From assembly GCA_002189035.1 (NCBI GenBank), contig NEEC01000017.1:1116001-1180000 (forward strand): a stretch of 64,000 nt of DNA, in the 5' to 3' direction. Shown one piece after another: positions 48,540 to 61,100 of the stretch; position 1 is the stretch's first letter; every line of letters begins with the position of its first letter. Under the pieces are notes generated by a model. It did no database searches. It was not told where the DNA came from and saw only the letters and a program-made list of their open reading frames with translations. The DNA is from Utricularia gibba. Its lineage: Eukaryota > Plantae > Magnoliophyta. Position numbers and translations under genes: made by a program.

Positions 48540-48900
48540 TGGTAAACTGGGACTCCATGCCTTCCCCAGTTCTTAACCCAGTGAGCACGATGACGTGAAG
48601 AAGAATGCATTGCACGTCACCTTCGAAAACCCATGTCAGGGACCTCCCCCCGAACTCCTCCATATCAGACAGAGGTTGAAGGTAGGGTGAAAAAGTGAAA
48701 ATTGATGACCAGTTTGTTGAGTCGTGAGGAGGGCCCAACTCTTAAGTGAAGCTATGGAAGGAATCAAAGGGATGAGTTGGTCGCAGAGATCGGTTCCCAA
48801 AACCACCAACAAGCTGGGCTCCCCACCATAGGATCGGGAATCTCTGAGCTGTTCATTGTTGGTATGCTTCCATTTCAAATTTTCACTATGCAAAATGATT
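48540..48900 (-). mobile_element. Possible degraded LINE-type RNase H-like (RVT_3) fragment
   Basis: Motif-like pieces in shifting frames: LRDSRS, TWVFEGDVQCI, HRAHWVKNWG. Weak similarity, judged by eye. Confidence 0.25.
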
Positions 48901-49114
48901 ACTGTTTCTCTAGTTACCCTGCATGACATCTACTTGGTTTCTCAGATCTTCAATTGAGAATTTCGAAGGAAGACATGGTTAGTCATCGTAATGGACGCAA
49001 CGTATGTATGTATATTGTATATCTTTTATCTAATGTTTGTATTCATACAACTGTACAGAATTTTTGATGCCGGGGAGGACATATACATATAGACAGCAAA
49101 AACGTGACTGCAGC

Positions 49115-52100
49115 TCAAGGAATGGTCTTGTCATCACCACCACCACCACCACCACCACCACCGTCATCATCTCTTTGATCCAGAAAACTCAGCAGAAAGC
49201 CACTAACAATTCTCCGCGCAAGAGGATGAGGAATGTTTCTACACAGTCGTCCATCCACATATGCTACTACACCAGAAAGTGCAAATTTCCAAACCCGCCA
49301 TTTCCATGCTTGTTTTGTTTTCTCCTGCTTCGAGACCACCAAGGCCTTCTCTCCGCCAGGCTTCCATTTAAATCGACTGGTCACTTTGCTGGATTGTTTC
49401 CGAAGAACTCGGATGGTGAAGCTGACGAACAGGTGCTCGCACAGAGTGAGCAATGTGGGTCCAATTCTCCAATCCTGCCACATGAAGGAGCTGTAGGTTA
49501 TGGAACTTGATCATGTAGGAGTTGATGGCATGGCGCAACTGCTCAATCTGACATGCATAACGTGGCAATGCAGGTATGTAGAACTTGAAAGACCTAACGA
49601 CTCTCACGGCAGGAAGAAGAGAAGAGAGCAAGATGTTACCCTTTCTCCTTGAATGTATCTAAGGCGCATGGATGATTCACCCTTAAGAAGTGACTTGCTG
49701 GCAAGAAAGCCCTTCACATTTGCCATGATTTCCTCAATAAGAACCGTGCTTGGTGGGAGGTTCTTGAGGATGACCTGGAGGTAAAGAAAAAGGAAATTCT
49801 GCAACATGTTAGATTCCTTCTGCACAAACCTTGGACAGAAATCTGAAAGACGGTGGTGGAAGGTGCAACTGTGCATTATTTTCGCTAAAAAATAGGGAGC
49901 ATTGAAACGCCTGGACATGGAGGACTCTCTTTCCTGTAAAGCAAGAAATGAAACAGCTACATACCTGGTCATCGAGGACTCTCACCCTCAGGTACTCTTG
50001 CTTGTAGTATGTATCCAACATTGCTTGGAGATAACCCTCAATGTAGAGCTACACAGATTGTTTGAGTTGAAGAGTAAAAAATTGAATGTTTCCCCAGCTT
50101 TGAAGCACAAATACTCTCACCTCATCAACACCAGGACTTCTTTCAAGCTTGATCCTCTGATCTGGGCCACCTTGCACGATAGCACTGCTAAGAACATGCG
50201 GCTCCATTGCAAGTTTAAGCATTCCTTGGTGAAAGCCAGTCAACTGGAACAACACATGAATAGAAAATAAAAGATGGAGTTTAAATGATCTAGATGACAC
50301 CACTGCTGAGAACAAGGTGATGCATTTGATAGAGAATCAAATGAATCAAACCATTCCACTAAAGCCACTTGCTTCCGCTCCTTTGAGAACTGAGTCAGAC
50401 ACTTCAGTGACAGCCGCAAAAAGCACATTGGATCCTGCTGTTTTCAGCTGTAGAGTATACATTCTTAAGTAGCCAAAACTACAGAAGTTGTATGCATTGC
50501 TAGTTCTAGAGAAGGAAAACTTACTGTATTTCCCAGATCCCCGAAATAACGCTTGGTTCCAGAAAATCCGTTCTTGTCAATGAATTTACTGATGAGCTTG
50601 AGTGTGCCTAATCAGTGCACAAGGAATGCATCATTGTGATATCCTGACATACTTTTTGATGAAGAGAATAATGGATACCTAAGGTCACGCTGGGAAGATT
50701 GAGGAAGCCACGTGAAGGATCAAAAAATATATCAAGTGAAGATGAAGCTAGATCATCAAATATGGACACAAAATCTGGAGGCAGCAATGGGCTTCCCTTT
50801 GCCATGTACACAGCCCTCATCATATACCTGTGGAATTAAGTAAATGTGGCTATGAGACTGCTAAAACACTGGCGTAGAAAATGGAAAGGTAACACAGTTG
50901 AGATGGAAACCAGGAATAATGCTGTGCACATTTCAGGGCCAGTTCTGGGAGAGTAATCAACGCATGTGTTACCAGAACTCCATTGAGCTCGACAGTCTTT
51001 CTCTTAATCTCTGGCACCTGAAAGTCCAGAAAACATTTGTTTTGAAGTTAGTGTAGTAGCTTATAAAGACAGAATGAGACTTGATGGTTGTCATCACACT
51101 AAGGTACCTTAATCACAGTATGGAGAAAAGATCTCAAAGTTTCCTGGGATGAGCTGTATCTGTAACACGAGTCCCCAGGAAGAAAACTTGCCACAATCTT
51201 TTGGAACATGCAACGTCATATAAGAGGTAAGTCATTCGCAGCAAATCACACACCCAAAGCAGGAAAGTTGAGTAATAGAGAAAAACAATTCAGAACATTT
51301 GCACGAACAGCAATCCCATACCTTTATTGGGGAAATCTCCAGATGATCAAAATAGTATTGCTGATAGGGGGTTTTTGAATCACTGAGAGATCGTCTCCAG
51401 AATGGTACAATTTTCATAAGTGTCTCCTCATCAAGGTTCAAGTCCAATGGCTGCAAATATGTCAGTTTTTAGAAAAAATAACTGTAATAGAGATGCACTA
51501 TCTCCACCACGTGCAGTCAATGGATTTTGAAGAATATCTTCAGACACGATATGATGATGAACAACAGAAATAATAAAGAGGGAAACTCTATCATCATACC
51601 TGGAGAATAAACGACAGAGACTTTACTTGTCTAACATTAGAAGATAGAAGGGAAATTAGCGCCACACGAATGACGTAATTGTCAACATCAGTCTTTTCAG
51701 ATCGATGCTGGCGAAGCATTGCTGAAAAAGGAGCGCCAGGCCACTTCTCATCAATGCTTAGTGACTGGAAATTTATCAGAAAAAAAATTGTGAATAGGAA
51801 GAGAAGGCACTTCGGAACACCAGTTTTCAGTGGAATCACTAAGTGAGATTATCACATACCTGAACCCCAAGTTGGATATATTTATAGCGGCTAATAGTCT
51901 CTGCATTCCAATTAATTCCTTGAAGCTTCACACCAATTAAAGGCGCATATTCTGAATGCTCACTCAAATCCACCTGCTTCAGAAAGAAAAAATTAAGGTT
52001 GGACGCTTTCCAGAGTAAACTACAAAAATCAAAATCACCAAATCACTGAAAAACTGAAAAGAACAACATTTTGTACCATACTAATAAGTAACTGATTTTT

Positions 52101-55100
52101 CCATATACCGATGCATGAAACGTGAAAAATCTCAGGACTGTTTTCTTCAAAAAAATGAAAAGTTGTCAAACTTATCATGCAGTGAACAAATAGAAGTTAC
52201 CTGCGCAGCCACCTCAAGTAAGTGGATGGAAAAATAGGAGATCCTCAGATGCAGCTTTCTACGACGTCCTACAAGCATCTGCAATTTGACGCTTTCAGAG
52301 AACTCACATATTCTCAAGACTCGAGTTAAACCATCAGCATAAACTTCATATCCCAGTTTCGAGGTATCTGATGCCATGATTCTACTGCGAGTATTCCTAT
52401 TTTGATCTTCAGAACTCTTATCCAACTGACTGTAAAATAGAAAACTTCTACTCTGAAATGGCTTCCATGACCGCACTTTGTCTAAGTTGATTTCATGTAA
52501 GAGACCCAGATCTGCAAGAATTGAATAATTTGGCCCTTGTTTATAACCTCAAACACCATACAACAGCTTAGCGAAAAATGATCCACGTTAGTTATACAAC
52601 AACAAACCAATTTCCAACACCCTTGCAGTGAGTGATAGACCCGATCGCAGAGAAAAAACGAGTATCAGATCAAGGATATCAAGCTCTTCAGAAAAAAATT
52701 AGAAAGAATGGAACTCAGAAAGCTGATATCCAGTCCACCAGAAAAAAGTGCCAAAGAGGTTCAGACATCATCAATTATTCAGATAATTCTATAAAATAGC
52801 CAGTCCCTGAACATTACCATCACTTTTGATAACTAGTTTATGTTGAAGAGTCAAGTCATCCCAGACGTAGTTGACACTTGCTCCTGCCCCTAAAACATCT
52901 GGCTCATATGAACCCTGAAAACATGACAAAGGGAATATGAATAATATTGTTTTATAATCGCTCTTATGCACACAAAATTGAAGATTCACACATTAACCTT
53001 TTGGTAATATGTTATAGGAGCATTATGCAAATAATTTTCTATTCTGTAGGGTATATCTGTAAGAGGTGGCCAGTGGAAATGCAGAGTAATAGTTGTTCCC
53101 TCTTCCCTTACATGAAGAAAAGCATGCTCACTATAAACCTCTTTGCCTGAGATGGCACCAAATTGACCATCAGAAAACCCTGAGGACTTTCGAAATCTAA
53201 CAAAAAAACGACCCAATGATGCCACACAAACTGGCCCTGACCACCCAAGTCCAGTCCCAATAGGCCGGAATTGAAGGAAGAATGACAAATCATCTTGCAG
53301 CTTTGTATGCTTTCTTAACATATGGTCGATAACATTGGTCGTTTTGACATTTCTCATGACTTTCTTCAGCCTCAAAGCTATCCTGTTTTTGCTGCTGATT
53401 GTAATCAAGTTCTCTGTATCCTAAAACAAAGAGAGAGATATCAGACACAAATTTTGAAGGCGCAAATACATCAAATTTTTGTGAACTTTGAGCAGACCTG
53501 CACATAAAATTGCTGGATAGCAATCACAGTTTCTGATTCATTGAACAAAATATAGCGTGGACTTAGAGATACTATCTGTGATGGAATATTTTCTGCAAGA
53601 AGTGGCCTTACTGACACTCCCAACCTCATAGTGTTTTTTGATCCATACACCTCTTCTGTTTCTAGATCAATTTGTGTGACACCTGATAACAAATCAAAGT
53701 CCAGTTTTGCTTCCATTGTATTCTCCCCCAACAGCATGAACTGCAACTTGTGGGATCTAGGGAATTGAAGAAGTATATGATTAACAAATGGAATCCTCGC
53801 ATAAAGGAAAACTCAGTCGCCAACACAAATTTACAACATCTATCTATGCATTCGTTGAAGAAAGCAGGAAAAAAAAAAAACAATAATGAACAATTACTTC
53901 AAGAACCATGACATGGTTGCTTTAGGTGGCAAATATAACCCACGCTCCAGAGGAATATTAGTGTCAAATCTTTCAATGTCGACCCTATACCATGAAAACC
54001 AAAAAGTCACTTGCTATAGGAAAAGTCCATGTAAAAAGTTACCCTCTACCTGCATCATCCCCATGTAAAATAGAATCATACAATACCTAGTTAAAGGCTT
54101 TTGTTTAGGAGAAACGCAGATGAGTGGGGCATCAGTATCATTCCTTAATGCATATGACGTGAAAATATATGCCTAAGAAAACAATATAGCCATCTTGTTA
54201 AATACATCCAAAAACTGTGCAAAAACATGGTTGAAAGTAAGAACCTTTAATGTGCCTCTCTGTCCACGAGACAATCTTAAAACTGCCAAATACTTTCCAT
54301 CACCAAAATTCAACTCAACATCCAAATGAGGGATATCACCCCTTTTCTTCTGTAATTTTTTCAACCATTCACTACTACTGGTGGGTATGGAGCTCAAGTC
54401 AAAAGATGATAGAGTGACCGTAAAACATATTATATCAGGATCGGCATAAAAATTGACAGTTGATCCAGACTTAATAGTTGCTTGATTCCCTATATTATTA
54501 TACTCCATCCCACCTGGTGGATCTGCAAAAGATGGAAAACTTATTGAAAATTAATTTGATAAAAACCGAGATGGGAAAAATAGAAAATTGATGGAAAGAC
54601 ATGGAAGACCTTGGAGTGCATATTACTACCTGCATCGGTCAAACTCACACGAACCTCTGTCTCCAACAAATTTGACACCTGAATTGTAGGAAGAATAAAA
54701 AGTTCTTTCTGCTCTTGTACAGCAACTGGATTTCTACTAGGATGGGAAAACCCAGCACTGTCTGGATTAACCACAGGTATGGACTTCCCAACAGTTTGTA
54801 TTAGGAAATAAAGGTTTTTCACAACATGTTTATCATATATTAGAGCACAATTTATGGTCTGCAGAGAGGATCTCAATGAGTCAATAGACAATGCCTTCCG
54901 CATTTGGTAAGTTAGTTTGTCAAATAGTCCAGATAGACGAACGGGCTTTCCACCTTTAAGATCATCTGACCACTCAGATGAAATCTCAGAATTCCGTACT
55001 AATTCTCCAATCTCTGGTCTAAAGGAGAATAAGTAGTTCCCTACATATCATTTAAATCCATGAAGCCACCAATAGCGTTGCATATTAACCTTATTTTTAA

Positions 55101-58100
55101 ATTCAAAATGAAAAAATGTTGGGGGAGAAACATAAGTTCAATGACAAGAAAGCATACCTACACTAAGGGATGTTAGTATCTTTCTCAAACCACCAGGAAG
55201 ATCAATAGCATTAAATGCTAGCATAGTATCATCAATGACATCTCCGGCCTTCAAAACCAGTAATGCTGATTCTGTTTCCTCATGCTTAGGCCGTTGAAAA
55301 CAAAGCTCCAACAGAAAATCAGTGTCATTGTGTATCGTTAGAAGAGGAGAGATTCTGATGCACGTGCCATCCTATAATTACCCCAAGAATATAGGATGAC
55401 GTAAAAAAAAAATCCTGGAAATATAATCAAATTAGCACAGACAGAGATGGAACATTACCTCAACACCCCTTGAAATCTCAAAAACAATAAATGGACCAGG
55501 GTAAGATTTTGCATCTGATGGATTACGGGAAGAGTTAAGCGTACAAAATCAGAAAAAAATGCAGAGAATAAAAAAAAATATCAAATTCGACTTTTTAATT
55601 TCAAGAAGTTGCAAACAACAACAGTGACTTACCTTGCTCTGCCGTTATGCGAGTCCTCCAAGAAAATAGGCGATCTTCTAACAATGAAATACGAATGGGA
55701 TAAGTAGAAAACCCTTGCTTCACAAGCTGTGCTGAAAACGATGATGCTTCTAGAGGATGATTTGCCAGAGGCAGGTGCCTACACGTAGAGAACATGAAGA
55801 TAACGTGATTTTCACTTTTAGTCCAGGATGATAAGTAGAAAAACATTCTTATCGTACTTCTCCAAAGCAATCTGAGATCTTAATTCAAAAATACTGTTCG
55901 CACATTAGAGTGACTCAGAGAAGGGTCCACGTTCAGACCAATAAACTATAAATTACCTCCAAGAAACGATACTTAATTCCCTTCTGTGTACAACTACTTC
56001 TTGATTATCATAGAATTGGCAAACCAGGGTCAGACCTGACTTGTTTTCCACCTGTGACACATATATCCAACAGAAATATTTTAGTTCCCCCATTCCCTAT
56101 TTAATGCAATCTAGCTCAGGCATATTTCAAATGTAACATGAATTATGCAGCTTGTGTCACGTTACAGCATAAATACATATAAAACAGAAAAGCGGTTCCT
56201 AAGGACAAATCCTTAGTCTTAAAAAAAGAGCTGAAAATCATCATTTCTCAGAAGATGAAGGTTTCATGATGTGTAATTGGTTTAAGGAAACTTGTTTCAT
56301 ACTAGGGCAAAAAGAATAAAAAACCTTGCAGCAATTTCCCAAAACTGCAGAGCTCTTTACAGCATAAGGGCCAGCCAACTCCAACTTCCCGATTATGAAT
56401 AAAATGATATCCAGTGACAGCTCAGTTAGCAAAATGCAAACCTGGCATTAAATAATCACTTCATATTACCAAGTGTGCCGCATAACTAAGACAAGAACTA
56501 AGAAGAAGAAAAACCTCTCCAGTTCTGGCATAGAAATGCCTAGGAACTCCATTTGAAATTTCAGCACCATGAGAAATGAACTTCTGCGAGTAGAAGCTGC
56601 AGATTTCAAGTGGCTGAATGAAATCTTTCCTGTAATAATAGTATAACACGAGTGAGTGCACTAAACCTAGTAACTTGAGGGCAAAAAAAGTTTTTTTCTT
56701 CCCAAACGTAGACAGCTTTGCAGAAGAAAAACCATTCAGTATCAGAGCTTGAAATGAAAATACCATGAGTTTTGATGTCCATTGAAGTAACGGAGATTAA
56801 CTTCAAGTATATTCATGATCCGCACCTTCAAATTTGAGACCTGAATTATTATTTGATTGGGCATAGTTGATCCTTGAAGAAGAGGGACTTTTTCCTCAGA
56901 GCCAAGCTTATGAACAATTGTCAGTGTAATCTTGTCCACTACGACTGAGACCCCTAAATGTTTTTTGTTTGTGGTAATCTCCCGATTTTCAGAGGTATTT
57001 GAATAGCCTTGGTGACTAGTTCCAGAATCTGGGATTTGAGGTTTTGTTGCCTCTGGCTTAGGGCTCAAGTTTAATGGAAGATTTTTCATCGGAATATTAC
57101 CAAGAGAAACAGAATCCTGAAACACTTTCCACTTGAATACATTTCCAGGCTTGCTAGCAAATTCAAGAATGCTATTGTTAAAAGCTACAGCAAAATTATT
57201 CTTCTTGTTCACAAGGTGAAAAAACTTTCTAGACAAAGAGGCAGAATGTTCCATCCCAATAGAATTCCCATATGCTTCAGATTTATAAGGAAGCATCCTC
57301 CATAGTGCAGAGGAGTTATCATTAGAACAAGAGATGCCCACAAACCTTGATCCTGAATCACAATTTAGTCTGAGTGATTCGCCATATTTGTCTTTAGCGT
57401 ACAATGAAATCAAGGAAAAATACTGAGTTTCTGGTCGCCATATCCTTGCCTTTTGATACTTTATCTGAACAAACCACATTGGTAGTCAAGTTCTAAAATA
57501 TTATACCCAAGTATACATCCATGTTCATGCAAATATACATCACATAATAGAAAAAAATAAACACATTTTGTGCTGAAATATCAATCTGATCTGTAGTTTT
57601 CCATTCAATCCCAATTCACTTGATATAAAGAAACCAAATGAAACCCTTCAAATCACTTCCATCATATATACAGTGGAAAAGATGCCGATCCTCCATGTTA
57701 TACAAATGTTTTCATGAATGCCAAGACTGGCATCATCGGTTTCTACTCCAAATTCACAGTTTTATATATCATAATCACCAAAATAATTAAGTTTCCACAC
57801 ACACTTTACGCTGTGGCATTTTTAACATGGCAAACTAGAACATTATAAAATAAAAAAGATAAGAGATCATACTCTGAAAAGTGCCTGCGCTGCCATCAGT
57901 GAGTAATGGATTGCTCCAGCAACCTTGTATCTACTATCTACCCCTTCAACCGCAACATACATGTGTTGGTCCACATCTTGGATAGCAACTATAGCTCCTA
58001 CAGAAGTTTAAAGAAACATATCTGAAATCATGAGAGAGATTATACAAGCACGCTTACATAAATAAAAAAGTACACCAGAAGAAGGCACTCCTGCTATATC

Positions 58101-61100
58101 TCCTAAAGATTTTAAACAGACGCATTTATAAAAAGTACACCCAAATGCGATGGTAACAACTATGATTAGGAACCAATTCTGCTATATAATCCCACATATA
58201 TAGGAACCATTTATGCTATATAATCTCACATACATACAAATGCATATGATCTCTAAAAAAGAAAAAAACTACCATCAGGAATAGTTTCGGCCATATTTCC
58301 TTCAGGTGCTTGACTGTATGACCTTTCATTTGAATCCACTTTGAATGCTTCTTCGCCATTCAAAACCTTAGATAGCGCATCATAACCAGAAAGTATCATC
58401 TGAAAAAAACATGATAAAAAACAATGAAACTTTCGAGATAAAGCACAAACTAAATGAAAAAGTTTGGCAATATGAAGATGGGAACAATTTAACAAAATAA
58501 CGAACATCAGAAACCTTGTGGGCCAATGGATCATTTTTTAAGAAATGGACTCAAAGATTCAAAAGGTGTAATCGCCTAAGAAACAGGATCTTGTCGTAAA
58601 AACTGGAGCACCAACTTCCTAACAAGGGGCTACAACATAAAATTCCTGTACTTTTACCTTAATTTCATCCAGAGATACGGCTATGTCAAATTCTGAAACA
58701 GAGCCTTTTCCAGCCCAAATTCTGTTCACGAGTCCAGGATCAATCATGTCTCCCACATGACCCTCAACTGATATGGAACATTGTACATTTTTTACTACAT
58801 AATTCTGAGACCTTTTACGCACAATTTGCTGTCCTGGATTGTTTATAGAAATATCAACACGAGAAACTCAATGACCAAAAAATTTTTCAGTAGAGACAAA
58901 ATTTTATCCTGTAATGGGAATCATGAAAATTCCCCACTTCCAATTCCAAACGTAGTGATGAATGCAAGCTTACTTTGAGTGTTACTATGATTGAACTCCG
59001 ATTTTTCATCTACGGACTGAGAAAGAACAGAGAGCTTGGAAAGAGTGAACGAAAATTTGTGCACAATGTCTACCAGTTCAAGGTGGCAATCGATATTGAC
59101 ATTGAGTTGAAGTTCCTGAAGCCTGCCTGCAATACAGTATGGATACCAAAATTAATCCACCACAACAGCTGAATGTTCCATACACACATATTAAAGAAAT
59201 ACCAGACTCATGTCTCTCCACAAGTATGATATCTGGGCCTAAAAGTCTCAATGACAACAGTTTCACGCTCCTTAACAATTTTTGATATTGGGATTGCTGG
59301 GGATTTGCACAAGGATAACCATGAGGGGGGGCAGTATTCCTAGAATGTTGCGTGGTGATCACTTGAAATGGAAGGGATGCCAATTCTAGGATCCGTTGAT
59401 AGTATAAAGAAAAGCAGCCAATAAGCATCATCAATGATGATGCTTCAAGTATTATAAAGCCACCCTGCTCAGAAACAAAGTGAACTACCCTATGAATCAA
59501 TGTAAAAAATAAAAAATGGTTTAACTAATACGTAAGCTGCATAAAAAAATCTAATGCAAACTTATTCAATTTGAAGAAAATCTCCATACCTTGCATTCAC
59601 AAGATAATTCCTCATATTTATTTCCTACAAAAACAACTGCTTTGAATTCCTCTGGTTCATGGACAGGGGTATCTTTTAGATGGCATGCAGCCACACAAAC
59701 TCCTGAAACAGCCAAATTCAGCATGCATAAGTGGTCCCACGGTCCCCCTTGATCCACATTCACAGGAAAACTAACCCTATGAGATGGCATTGTATCATGA
59801 TGACGAGATTCATCAAGGCTCCCTCTTGAAGGTAATTTTAAGCTCAAGGATAGCTTGCAGTAATGAACTGATGCTTCAGTTAACGGACTTAAAGAGTATA
59901 AGGCATTTCTGAGCTCAAATCCATCAGAATTAACACCAACCTCGGGTAAACATCTAGAAAGTCCACATTGAACTCCATGTGTGCCAGCAACAATATACAG
60001 TTTCCCTTCTTGATACATGAATTGCATGACTGATGACTGGGTGGAGAAGTGAATCCCACTACAATTTACATCATTTTCCAAGATCACATCAGTTGCAAAA
60101 GAACCAGGCTTCACATTAATGCTAGTTTTGACACCCAATCCTTTCCTAGAATTCTGAAGAAAAAAGTGAAATGTCTTGATCACAAAATTGCATTTTAGAA
60201 CTACTTTAGCCGTTGTCATTGCTTCATTCTCATTGCTCTGAACATACAATGTCCGTGCAAATTCAGAATCAGGATTAGCAGTTTCCATCCTAAAATCATC
60301 ACCCAGTCCATTGATACAGAAGCCAAGTAACTCGTGGAATCCTTCAAAAATCATCTGTAAACCAAAAAACATTTGTGCCTATGCATGAAATTCAAAATAA
60401 TCGAATTATAAAGAATGATATCTGTTTATCACAATCACATGCTGCTTCTCATAATCCGTAGTGACATATCTATCACTAACAAATGATGGATACAAAAAGC
60501 AGCAAACATAAAGATTGGTCATCAGGTCAAACAGACTGTAGAAGGATTAGCGCATCCATGCATGGGTCCCCACCTCAAAGTTCACTAATTTTAAGAATGA
60601 AATTTCAACCACATCAAGAAATGCACAAACATAGGGATATAGTTGTTCCAACTTTTTCAGCATGACAATGGGAGAGAAACTTGAAATACGACAGTAATAA
60701 CGCATACATGCATTACCTTCATCAACTGAGACAAGTCGTCCAGAAAAATTAAGATGAAAATATCTGAGGCATCTAAATGTGCAACAGCTGAGACAAAAAC
60801 AACTGATGAACCAAGTGAATGATGAAACTTCCTAGAAAAAAGAAATAATATCAGAAAACATGTTATTACATGGAATGCACTTCTGGATTGAAAAAAAAAA
60901 ATGAATGTAACAGAGGACCAGAATCCATGACAAGTCTATGCTATGCTGCATCCTGGAATTAACTGAAACGACATGTTGCTTAAACCTCAAGGATATCATA
61001 TGGATTAAAAATTACGGTTTTGGAGGAAACCTCAATATTATATGATAATTTCATAAATTTCTTTCCCTAGAAGAAATTGCATACAACTTATAGCATTTTT

